Assembly (NCBI GenBank): GCA_051362555.1
Contig: CM120646.1
Location: 1,116,001 to 1,180,000 of the forward strand
Reading direction: 5' to 3'
DNA: 64,000 bases
From: Lingula anatina
Lineage: Eukaryota; Animalia; Brachiopoda
Shown piece after piece: positions 12,652 through 24,700 of the stretch. Made by a program: the position numbers and the translations under genes. Under the pieces are notes generated by a model that saw only the letters and a program-made list of their open reading frames with translations, searched no databases and was not told the origin of the DNA. Positions within the stretch are counted from its first letter, which is position 1, and every line of letters begins with the position of its first letter.

Positions 12652-13225
12652 ATAGTCGCACGTGGCGCTGAAAAATAGAAGAAAATGAAGTCGATTTTAG
12701 ACGCCTGTAGTGCCGAAAAAGTTCATTTCAGTGCACGTCCATCCATCTCTGGTTTCTAATGGAAAAAGATCTTAAGCTTGGCATAAAAAGATCAGATTGT
12801 TTAAAAACAACAGAGTAGTTGTCTGTTGAAACCATTCGCTGTCTAGAGCAGACGCAATGTTGACTTGACGTTCTATAGTCCCTTTGTCTTAATAACAGCG
12901 TATTTATCAACATAAAATGTACTTGGGTGACCTTTTAACTTCATTTTATTTGTAGACTTAGCTCATTGCTATATATAGAAAGTGTCATGTTTGTAACCGT
13001 CTTCTTCTATTTCATTTCATGTATCTCCGGGCCAAAGGGCGAAAACTTTCTCTAAATTTAAACATATATCTTTGTTATCAAAATTTGAAGTAGATTTATG
13101 ATAACATCAACAAATAAGATAAATAAAAGTTCAAAATTTAAAACTCACGCAAACTATTTCAAATTAAAACTTTCCTCTATGCCGGGATTTGTCATCCACT
13201 CTTGTCGTTTTTTTATTTTTATTTT

Positions 13226-13265
<40 letters not shown>

Positions 13266-13703
13266 TTTTAATCTGAAAATTTCAAATTAAGTTATAGAAG
13301 TAACATATTCACCTGTAGTCCGTTTCCCATCACTTTGTACAAGTGACATTCGACACATATATTGACCCCGATAGTTTCCGGCTACCACTTATCAGTAGGC
13401 CTACTAATTACTCCGGACTTCCATTCCTAGGACTACCAATCCTACCACATTGGTCAAATTTGAAATTCTTTCCTTAAGCCCTTTACTTTTTCAAAGACAT
13501 CGTTTGTGACTAGCTCATCTTTCAAATAACAACCCAGAGACATTTAATTAAAAAAAAAACATGAAATTAAAGTAAAATATCTCTCAATTTTTATGGTCTT
13601 CATGTTCTGAACTTTTTACTGTTCATTGCTTGCTGGGAAAGGATGGGACTAAGAGCTCTCGTGAGGAATTTTTGAGAAAAAAAAAAAATAACACGAAGTA
13701 CAA

Positions 13704-13806
13704 GGGATACCGCTTGTATGCGGAAGACATACTTCGTAGGTGGATTCACTCTCCAGCACCGTGGCAACCCTGAAGAGCCCCCTGGAGAGAGGGCTAATCC
13801 AAACCT
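13704..13806 (+). ncRNA. Possible decayed HDV-like ribozyme (retrotransposon 5' end type)
   Basis: P1 gggatac/gcaaccc (5 of 7 pairs), P2 tgga/tcca (extendable), P3 cac/gtg, UG junction, P4 ccc..ggg, and J4/2 C-UAA, in HDV order. L3 is longer than usual. Confidence 0.3.
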
Positions 13807-15037
13807 CGTCTCCACACAAAATACCCACGTCGTGCCAATGAAAGCGCTTAATTACTTAATGATGACAGGTATAGCGACATAAGCTAACACGAAATGCCGC
13901 CGTCTTCAAGAAAAGACAAGGCGCTGAACGCGCGGCTGGGTAATTTTGGCAAAGGACGATGGAGGTGCCTTTTAAGGTGGAATAAGACAAGAACTAGTTT
14001 AAACCGGGCAGAGGTCCTACTAGTGTGGCCAAATTATTCACTTACAGTTGGAATATCTGAAGAGTAATAGAGTCCCCATGAAATGTCATCCATCTTCGGA
14101 AATCCCCATGCTTTAAATCCTCGTTCAGTCGATATTGCCAATCGATGGCACAAGCTAATGCGTCATCCGATCAAAAAACCGACAAAGGAGAAGCAACTTT
14201 TTTAACGTTTCAATTGCCTAAAAATCCTTTCACATCCTTTTAGTCATCATTTTGTGCATTTAGTAATTAATACATATATTCTTACACTAGGGCACTGTTC
14301 TAAAAGTTTTTTTACAACTTATCTAGTGTCTTCTTTCCGCTGCATTCTGCACACTGCAACTTCCCTTAGCCAATTTTGGCAGAAACTGCTGATAACTGCT
14401 GTCGTCAACAATATGCGGTTTTACGCGGATTTCCGTTTGATTTTTCTGTTTACTACGTAAGATATTCCACTAGCCTCTTTGCCAAGTAATAACGATGAAA
14501 ATAATAATGAATAAATTGAAATAAAAAAACAGGCAAGTTATCACAAAAATGAATAAACCCATAAAACGAAGCTCTAAGAAGGATGGAACTTTGGTTTTAA
14601 GAGTCAGTATACAAAACTGTCTCAGATTTCAATTTTCCTTTTCCCAAATCTTCTTAATCCAATTGATGAATCCAGTATTTCCTTGTATCTTTTGGTGTTT
14701 AAAAAAGGGGGGGCTTGCTCAAAAAATAATTTCCAAGCTGAGTAAAATACTAGAAATGCAAGTAACCGTGCACTTGACTAAAGACAAATGAATAAAACTT
14801 TGGTCTATAGATTTACAATGAAGAATTCTGTATAGCGGCGAGTCAGAGACGAAATGACAAAAAAAAAAAAATATACCAAATAAATGAAAAAGCGTTAGTG
14901 AGAAAGACCTGTTACAAAATAATTCCATTTTAATGGGTAAAAACAAGAGCAGTGTAGCACCATCCACAATCACGACACGTTGTCTTCTCAATGAAGATGA
15001 AAAGAAAAAATATTCAAAACAAAACAACATTTTAGAT

Positions 15038-15190
15038 TTTAGCGCTCAGTGAGTGTCAACATCTGGTCACATCAGTCTGATGAAGGCCTACGTCCAGGTT
15101 GGCCGTAAGCTAACGGTATGACAGTTTTTCGGCTTGTGTTTGAAAATTTTCATTTATGATCCAGCTACCAAGTTAATGAACATTTTTGCT
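15038..15190 (+). mobile_element. Penelope-like element remnant with a decayed minimal hammerhead motif
   Basis: cagt-CTGATGA-a-ggcc...ggcc-GTAA-gct-a-acgg at 15073-15116, with GAAA mutated to GTAA. The segment is flanked by the 13-bp direct repeat CAACATTTTAGAT (15025-15037 and 15191-15203). Confidence 0.5.
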
Positions 15191-15636
15191 CAACATTTTA
15201 GATGCTTACCTAAACTGTAGTGATTTCTTCTTGGATCGTGCACTTGTCTTTGACTCCAGTGAAGACACGTATTGGTTCACGGGAGTGTTAGTTTAACTCC
15301 TACTCCTCTTCAGATTGAGGAATGATGGACTAAACCAAACATTTACCTGCCCGATTTTAAATAACCTGAAAATCACGTGTAAATGTATAAGGCTCGAGGA
15401 CCGCATAAGTTACTTGGCTGACACTGATACTGTCTCCAATCACCCGCGTGCCCGAGATCGCACAAGATAACGTGAGTCAGATACCATTTTGATAATGTAC
15501 ACAGTCGTTTTAATGTCATACACAAAACAATTCATTATCATTAGCCTGCCAAACGCAGTGTAAACAGCTTAACAGATCAACGCCGAGGACAGAGTAGTAC
15601 GTTTATCAATGGGGAAACAATTGGGCGTAACACTTA

Positions 15637-15879
15637 GGGACCATTCCCAGACCCTATCGTACTAACTTTGGATTGATCTATCTCCGAAGGGACTCACGTT
15701 TAATTTGAATCAACTTTAGCGGTTCAGATGTCTGTCACGCCTACCGAAGCTGCTAGGAGTTAATTATCGTTTAGCAGCGTGCCAGACATCTAAGCCGCTT
15801 GAGCTGAAAGCAATTTAGCTAGAAACCTCTCGGAGATGGATCGATCCTGTTAGATCGATCTAAGTAAGGGAACCCAGTC
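15637..15879 (+). mobile_element. Palindromic MITE family A (PIF/Harbinger-like, 3-bp TSD)
   Basis: gggaccattccca...gggaacccagtc flanked by TTA/TTA, with internal inverted repeats. Homologous copies at 34173, 37429 and 60740. Confidence 0.8.
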
Positions 15880-18398
15880 TTACTGAACTTGGCGGGTGTA
15901 CATCAGTCTCAGGGGTATGCTAACATGACAGTACTCCAAACGCATAGAAACGTTGGTTAATTAACAATTAATTAACAATAGAATAACACCCGTAGACGTT
16001 GGGAATCTCTCCTAAACTTTCAAGCCAGTAAGAATTTTTTATCCTATTACTGTTTCACATTTTACCACCTTAACTTTGATTCTAATTACCTTTTTAATAT
16101 AGTATGTTTTAACTGTTTTATTTCATATATCAGACATGATGGTTTAATTAATTAATAATAACTCTTATCACACGTATTATGATTACTGTTATTATTTCAC
16201 TTTATATCACTTTTAAGAGCTCGGTCAGAACTAAATATTTGATGCATTTTAGTACATAAGCTGAATAAATTCGTACCCTTATACATAGAAAACGCGTGCA
16301 CACACATGCGTAGAAATGGCATTTTGGTCGTCGTTTCCCGCTGCAGTATTTAGCGATGAACATTGCCCTGTGAAGTCCTATTTTAGGGAACTTTGATACG
16401 AGTCCCTATCAAACAGATACCTCATAGGGTATCGTGCTTTTGAAACAGTGCCGAGTTGCGTCCATTTATAATTGTGCGGTCAGCTGTTTATTAAAACAAT
16501 CAAAATAATTATCAAAATCGACAAGCACGTGCGTGCTGTATGTTCAGTTTTCACGGGCTGTGTAAATGTGCAGAAATACTAGGACTACAATCTTTCCTTA
16601 AAAGAAAACATAAGAAGACATTTCAAACCAGACAGTAAATTGCACAATCTCCATTTTTCCTTAATTTTTGATAATAGTTTACTTATAAGAAGATCTAACT
16701 TCAAAATAGTTTCGGGTTGTTTACTTGCCCGAAAATTGACCCATATAAATTCCCTGCCCTGCATAAACCTACGAAATAACTATTTAACCAGTTAACGGGC
16801 CATGTTATTGAGAAACTTGGTCATTATGCCTTTCAATTTGTTTGAGTTTGTTGTATAAAGGCGTGGTATAGGTAAAGCTATGAAAATGTTATTCGAGGGG
16901 AGGGTGGTTTGCAAAGCTTATCTTCACTTCCTTCTCTTCGACGCAGTTATTTCCACTGCGCCCGAGATTGGTTTAATGTCGGACCGAATGTTGGCCATAA
17001 CTTTTAGGGTATAGTTTGGTCTTTTTTGTCAACTAAACTAGATTATCCATTGATTAAAATATTACCAATATCTTTTTGGTGTTAAACAGGAGATGTATCA
17101 CATTTATTGGGAATGCTATTGACTTAATTTGTGTCGAATTAGACAAAAATAGATTTGATAGTTAAGACCAACGTTCGGTCGAAACTTTTCTCCGTGAAAT
17201 AGACCCCCGTATAATGAATTTAACATGTAGTTGTGTGTAGGCGTGATCCTATATATATATATCGGAGACTAAGGAAATATTTTTCTTGGGCGGACTGGAG
17301 TGAAGATTTGCTCATTGTGTTAAAAAGTTCTGAAGTTCAAAAAGTCAGTTCTCCTTAAAAGTCATATTGCACACATTGGTAAACGTACTAGACAGATGAT
17401 ACAACTAAATCAATATTTTTGCAATAAAGCAAATGTAGGATATTCGCACGGAGTGATAGGAAACCTTACAGTGTTAATAATAATTCGCATATATTGACTT
17501 CTTAGCCTCGATTTGTTTGAATGGTGTGCTGAGATTTATCGCACGACTTCAGTTCACCTGAATAAGACCTTGTGATAAGTCTGAAACATAATGACCTCCG
17601 TTCCAACTGTAAGTTCCAGTATAAGATTTTCATAAAATTTCATCTTAGTTTAAAAGAACAGGGTGAATCAAAACTTTCATATGGCACTGGCAAGTCGTCA
17701 ACTGAGATTTGCTCTCACTTATACGTCGTACATGTATGTTTTTATTCATTACCATTGTAATTTTAAATATCGTAATTATTATTCTCCATTGTAACTTCTT
17801 TATGTTCATTATCATGATATTCAACTTCATTAAATGTTTAAAATCATGGTTGTTTTGTGTTGAAATAAGCATTTGGACAAATTATATGATCAGTGATACG
17901 TGCCCCCTTTAACATCATCTTTCTCCAATATTTAACTATTTCTGTTTTAAAACTTTTTTGGTTCGTATAGTTCGAGGCCTTACAGTTCTCTTCTATTACT
18001 GTTCCAATATCCAATAACAGTTGACGACCGTAAAATTTCTTTTCTTTGAATTAATCTTAAGTTTCCCTTCCTACATTTCAGATTAAAGCCACATTCATGG
18101 TCAGCGCTGTCGCAATTAACGCTAGGCACTTAGCGCATCTATCGCAGTGCCGCATTTGAGTGAATAAACGTCATACAAAAAAACTAAAACGAGACTGGCG
18201 CAATTGTGTGACGTCATACGAGGCTAGAATCCTTAGGAATCGGTGTGAGTTGGGATGGGGCTAACTATTCAGCGATAAAGATTTATCATTAAATGCTGCG
18301 GTATTAGAATTAAAGCAATACAAAAAGATTCACTGAAAAGTATGGCGAATTTGTACTGCTGTGCAATAGGCTGTTATTCGACAGAACTTAAGACAAAA

Positions 18399-18572
18399 CA
18401 GGCCCGTAGCCAGCAATTTCAAAAGGGGGGTTCTTTTTCTGAAAAAGTGGACCTTTTCCCATAAAAACTTCATGTACCTAGATCAAATTTTACCCAGAAT
18501 GGACCTATTTCCAGCAAAAGGGGCGGTTCTTTCGACCCCCCCCCCCCCCCCCCCCCCCCGGCGGCGGGCCTG
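18399..18572 (+). mobile_element. Non-autonomous hAT5-like element (family B), 5-bp TSD
   Basis: caggcccgtagcc...gcgggcctg flanked by CAAAA/CAAAA; nearly identical to 33592-33759. Confidence 0.85.
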
Positions 18573-20550
18573 CAAAACAACCATTAAAATGTCCGTGGCT
18601 AAATTCTGTCGGCCTTTATTCCTCGCCAAGCCCACTCACTGGTCTGCTACCATTATTCCTGGACCCACTCTCCTTAAAATCCATTGAACTCTCGCGTGAT
18701 TTCACGTGATGCTGCGAGACAGTGCTATCTCATATGATTCCCGTTGCAGGAGACATTGGATATCGATGTCACGAACACTTTTAATGGCCAACATAACGAG
18801 ACACATGTAAATCACTACCGTGCTTTAAATTGTTATTGATCTTGGCGGAAATACACCGAAGCATAGGGCATGAGACTCACGATTTGTGGGAAAGTGGGTA
18901 ATTTATTGGCACAAAATACACCATTAGCACGAACCTTGGTCGCGTTGTCTACATATTTTTTGACGATATGTCGGAAGAAACTTTTAGATCATAAACAGAA
19001 AGTAGGTTCTTATGAAATGTGCTTGTTTCGAAAATATCATTGAATTTTATGTCATCATCATCGGTCTATACGGCCTATACAGTGTCTGCAACAATGTAAC
19101 AAATTTAATTCCTTCTCTTGCTGGTGGGAAGCCTTTTTTTAATATTAATTAATTTATTATTTTTTATTTTATTATTTTTTAATTTATTATTTTTGGAACC
19201 AGTGCTGTTTTTAAATTTTGGAGTGTTTTAAATGTATCCATATTTATTATTATTTATTATCTAAATATTGAGAAATCAATATATTTATAATATTTTTTAA
19301 ATAATGATTTTTTTAAAAAACGTATGGGGAACGAGTATGAAAACTGTGGTTTGTTTCTTATATTAAATTACACCCTTGTACCCGGCTGGGAAACCTGCCA
19401 GGGTCTTTGTGAACGCTTTACAGAATTAAATAATGACTTTATATTGAGAAAAATACGGTAGTTTTTTTAAAATATTTTTTATAAATCCCGACACAACGAT
19501 TTTGTATAATTTCAGGTAATACCAGGCAAACTTTTTGAATTACAGCTTATTCTATTCGCAATCCAATGACTAACCATTCAATTAAAAAAACAGCAGACAA
19601 TAGCAAAATTATTTACTAAGAAAGCTGTTATTGTTATTTTCGTAAAACCACCGGCATATTTGAGGCAGGGAGGTCCACTTCCTGAGGCGACACGCCCCAA
19701 GACGTTGGACTGCGTGACTAGATGATGTTCTCCTCACGGCTCAACGGTATAGGTTGTTGTATGACGTGGTTACGACAGATGTTGAAAGAAAAATGTCGGT
19801 AACAGGACGTACTCTGAAAACCTTCTAAGTGACCTTTTTACTCAGTGCTCCGAAAACAGAAAAACATTGATCCATCAAATACTAAATAATTTTAAATCGA
19901 ATACAAATTTCTGTAAGTAATTTGTAAAAAGGCCAAAAATGAATATTTTGACTTTTAAACAGAGAGAGAGAGAGAGAGAGTGAGAGAGAGAGAGATGGGA
20001 GAGTTCTGGGAGGGAGAGATGGCAGGGTTCTGGGAGGGAGAGAGGGAGAGAGAGGAACTCATGGCAGGAACAACGTTGTTTCATATCAACGCTTAATAAG
20101 TTAAAGACAAGTTAAAGACTACATCAAAAATCCCTAAAAAGCTCCCCCCTCCCCTCCCGCAGCACAAGCCTCATCGCGAAAAAAAAACGCATGATATTTC
20201 TTCAAAGGTTGAATAAGAAAAAAACCTCCCATGGCTCGTCACGGGCATTTAAACACTCAACATATGCCGTGTGTTGTCGATATTTCTGTTCTTCACATTT
20301 ACATTAAAGCGCGCGCTCCCATGGGCGGTCGCCATTTGCCGACTAAACGGTTTTTCTTGCGCAACGTGTAGTAAATTTAGATGTAAAGACGTCTCAATGC
20401 GCCCATTTGTAAAAGGCGTGTTCTATTTACAAGAAGATGTCCCAAACGAGCTGCTGGGGCGCAGGTGCTGTTTAAGCAGCACTAGATTCCAGTAGGCATA
20501 TATTCATCTTCTAGAACCATACAAGTTATGACGACCTTTCACTCGCTCTT

Positions 20551-20640
20551 TCAACATCTTCCTTGACGCTGATCCATCATGTCTGACAAGTACCACAAGA
20601 AAGGCAGATCCGTTACTTGTTTCCTCACTGTGTCCGCCAT
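20551..20640 (-). CDS. Candidate small ORF (29 aa, MADTVRKQVTDLPFLWYLSDMMDQRQGRC) in a putative spliced transcript
   Basis: Strong Kozak context acaATGG, 7 nt after a clear branch point/polypyrimidine/AG acceptor (taacttgtcttgcctcttccttcttttgaatag, exon start 20647). Candidate upstream exon at 20970-21091. No homolog recognised. Confidence 0.3.
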   Translation of the reverse strand: MADTVRKQVTDLPFLWYLSDMMDQRQGRC

Positions 20641-21660
20641 TGTAGTTCTATTCAAAAGAAGGAAGAGGCAAGACAAGTTATCTGGACGTGTTAAGCTAAT
20701 TTTGGAGCCGTGTCTGTGCGTCTCATTTCACGTACCTCTTGTTCTCCACTCCCGCCATCAATTTTATCATCTCCCTCAATTAAAGCTAGCGTCAATCAAC
20801 CTTTCAGTTTGCTGTAAGAATATAGTCGGTTTTTGGATTTAAAGAACGCATTTATCTGCTTTTCTCAGAACTGCGTAATTTTCCGAGATTTATAAACAGT
20901 GACGCTTTCTTAGAAAACACCTGATGTGAATGAAGGGTTCTTTGACGAACCCGTTTCATCTATTTTCACCTTGGTTTCTTAGTTACTACGATATTTCTGC
21001 ACAACCTTTATTAATGCCCTTCTAACTGTTGCAAACATATTTTCTTTGGGGAATTTCTAACACCTAAATCCTTTACTAGTCCACAAGCTATCTGAAATAA
21101 CGGAAACAATTGATTGTTTAATCTCAGAATCAGAATGTGTTCCTTTATATTCAGTTTAAATAGACAAAATGAAATAATTGACAATAAAAACGAATTTAAA
21201 TTAATAAACAAGAAGGAACAGCTTAATAAGCAACTGATTCACTGACTGATATGAGTGTCTCGCAGTCCTATCAATCTTATACAAAGTGGTCCCATCATTA
21301 CTATCAATAATATCGATAAACTTAGACGTAGATTTACTCGATTAGACAGAAAATACCCAATTCATTCACGTATTGAGATAGATAGCTAACGTTCACGTCA
21401 AGTTCTGAATGCAAAGCGGTTATAACCCTTTTAAAACAATATCTGTACGATGCGATATATATTAAAACATTTACCTGAAACCAAACACCCCAAGGAGAAG
21501 CACGTTTAAGTATTATACCCTTAACTGATTGGATGCGCTGATATATATATATATGAAGTACTACTACATGTATAACGCCATTTCTAGAAAGTTATATTTG
21601 TAAATATGTGTATTTTTTACTTTATACTTTTACTGTATAAACATGACAAAAATTAATTAT

Positions 21661-21677
21661 AATCATCATCATCATCA

Positions 21678-21734
<57 letters not shown>
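21661..21734. repeat. (ATC)n(ATT)n microsatellite
   Basis: Directly visible trinucleotide run. Confidence 0.9.
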
Positions 21735-21736
<2 letters not shown>

Positions 21737-24700
21737 TTTTTGTCTAAAATAAATTATCATTATTATTTTTTTTACCTGTGTCTGGCGTAAAAAGTATGAT
21801 TGAATATATTTGACTTTGTATTATAGTGTCACTATTGATATTGTAATAAAGATTTCTCTTCGATCTGATTATATCAGAAAAAATTAAAGTGTACCCAGAG
21901 ATAAGCAGACTAAACCGATGAATGAACTACGACAGACCACAGAGAGTCTTCGCCGGAGGTACCCTGATTGAATCAATCAAAGTCCACTTTCAGAACATAG
22001 ATCTAAGTTAAGATTTTCTGCGTTGGGTTGAAACGCCATTAAAGTGGTTTTGATTATACCGCCAACGCCAATATCGTAGTGGCCAATCCTGCTTATGTGG
22101 AAATAATTTAGACAAATGTCCTCGGTTGGATATTGTACTATCTCTTTGGTCAATTCATGAAAAGTCGCATTTCTAGTAAACTTGTGACGGTTCAACTAAT
22201 CCAATTTTTGTTTGTTTTCCAAACCCACGGTCATAATTATTGAAGGTGTAATAAGAGGGTTCTTCATGCTAAATCGAATTTAACTCAAAAAAATCTATTG
22301 TCTCATGAAGCATTCCTTTAACCGTCCCTGCACTTGTATTCGATGCTTTAGGCCATTTCTAATAGAATGATTTAGTTTGAAAGGACTGAACAGTCATCTT
22401 GACTGCCAAGTTTCCCTGAACATTTCATAAGGAATTATCGACATCGGGTACTTTTATTTGTGGGGGATTATCGTTTTTAAGGTCTAGATTTTAAAAAGAA
22501 TAGCTTTACAGCATATATAGACATAGAAAATATTACTTTGGTATGTTTTAAAATGCGAATTGTGTACCTATAAGGCACAGCAAACTTATTACTGTTAGCT
22601 ATAATCACACCGGTACCGTTTGATACGGTACCAAACCAATCCGTCTTAATTTGATTGGAAACGCTCCTCAGGTGACCTAGCTCATCGGAGATAACGCGTG
22701 GGATGTAGTGCTACACAAACTATTGATAAAGTCATCGGTAATTCATTCACTGGGATGTTTTGAAGACCGTTTACTCTCGGGAGTAGAGTCTACATTGCCT
22801 AAAACACAAAACCTCTTAGATGTGGTCAAAAGATCATTGTATGCTCACGTTAGATGCTGTAGCCTTTGAACACGTATTGAGGGATTTTGCAGAAGTGCAG
22901 TTTTTCTCTACTACCAAAACAAGTTCCCCCCCCACGCAAATTATGAATTTTGTCCAATAGAAAATTGTAGTGCCAACATTGCAACATTATAATATTGAAA
23001 TTACCTAAAATGGTGTTTGCAGTGATGAAGGGTTGACCTCACGCGGCATTGCACGGTTCATATCCACCTTCAAAGATGGCAAAAGCTACCGTATATTTTT
23101 AGAATAACAAAACCTGTTTTTGCCAAATTTTGATGACCAGCACTCGGAATGTTATAATGTTGTACTATCACTATCACTTCTTTGTGCACATCGTTCCATC
23201 TATCTCTTTTCTTAACCTTTCACAAAATCCCCGTTTATTTGCTTGATTTTGGGATCCAGAGGCGTTTGTTCGACATAAATAACGTTAATCGGACAATTGA
23301 TTTCAAGAGATTTATCTCACTCACTGTAGTAGCTCATTAGCTCATTTACGAAGGGCAATAGCTAAATTAACCCGAAGAGCGATGAGTAAAAATGTTCTAA
23401 TCCATTGCAAAACCGACACGAGAACCTCACTTGGAAACTAAATTCATTCATTTGAAATGTACCAATTTTACATTAATACAAGTATTCCTATTTTAGCAAG
23501 ACTTACTGTTTAGAGACAAGCAAACAATCAGCATGCGCAAAAAAGAATACTTCCGCATCAGTGAGTTAGTCGCTGTGACGAATCAATATATAAATATATG
23601 TTCTTCAAGCAACCGCAAACCTACCGGGGCCTCACCTCTGTGACACTTCGGTAATTACCGCCTTCATGCTTGTTGCAGTCTATTTAACTCTTAACGCGTT
23701 CTAAGTATCCTTTGGTATTTCACGTGCCACGCAGGGAAGTGCGCTAAGTGAGCAACTATGAGATTGGCGAGTTACGAAGGAGAGTAAATTTGGAAACTAC
23801 ACAGAACTTGAAGAGTGACTTTTTAGTGTAAGCGTTTGCCAATCGACGGTCATTTGTTTCCCAGACGTGCGTGGACCGAGACTTTTAATACGGCGGATTG
23901 TGCCGTTGCTCATTACTGGGAGAAGAAATAGCGGAACTCTCATCCACGGGAAAAAAACTACTCTGCATGTGCAGCATACGAGATATCTTTTGATGCAATA
24001 ACTCTGCAGCTGTTACGTATTTGTCGACTGAAACGCATAATTCAAGGATCAGAAGAACTGCAAACCATGGCAAAAAAATAACAAATGCATCACCACCTTG
24101 GTACAATACTCTCTGAACATTTCGACGATTTTGAAGTGTAAAAGGTCCACTTACAGCGGACGCTGCTACAAGAACGGTAAAAGCTGTTTGGTTTCAGAAC
24201 TCCCACCAAGAGGATTATACCTTTGTCGCAAACAGGTATCAAGTCGTTGTTTTATCTGAATAATGAATGAATGATCTGCGGTTGTTGGCAAAAGGATTTG
24301 ATCGAAAATCACGCCTTAATTAACCTGTGTGAATATGGACGATGAAAGATTAGTTACTATTATATTATGCCATTAGATAAGATACATTTTAAAATAATGT
24401 CACTTTAATGTAGTATTTTAATGTAGTAATATTCGTATTTTCTCCAAGTACATGTTTATTTTACTTAATTCTGATTTTAAGAAAAGTTTATTCGTTGCTG
24501 TGTAAATAGGGTTGATAATTGAATTACAATTGTACAAAGGGTATGTTAGCTCTCTAAAATCATGGGAAGGAAAATGTTGGCCAGTCTTAATTGAAAAACG
24601 ACAAGAAGACTAAAAGCCATTCCAGGTATTTTCTATCAAACCGCGATTGTAATTGTCTTTAGTTCCTTTTATCGGAATACCTGTTTCGAATACAAATCTC

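Noticed and set aside
15280-15320. CTGAAGA plus stem on the minus strand resembling a hammerhead
   Set aside because: No GAAA or NUH in the required position.
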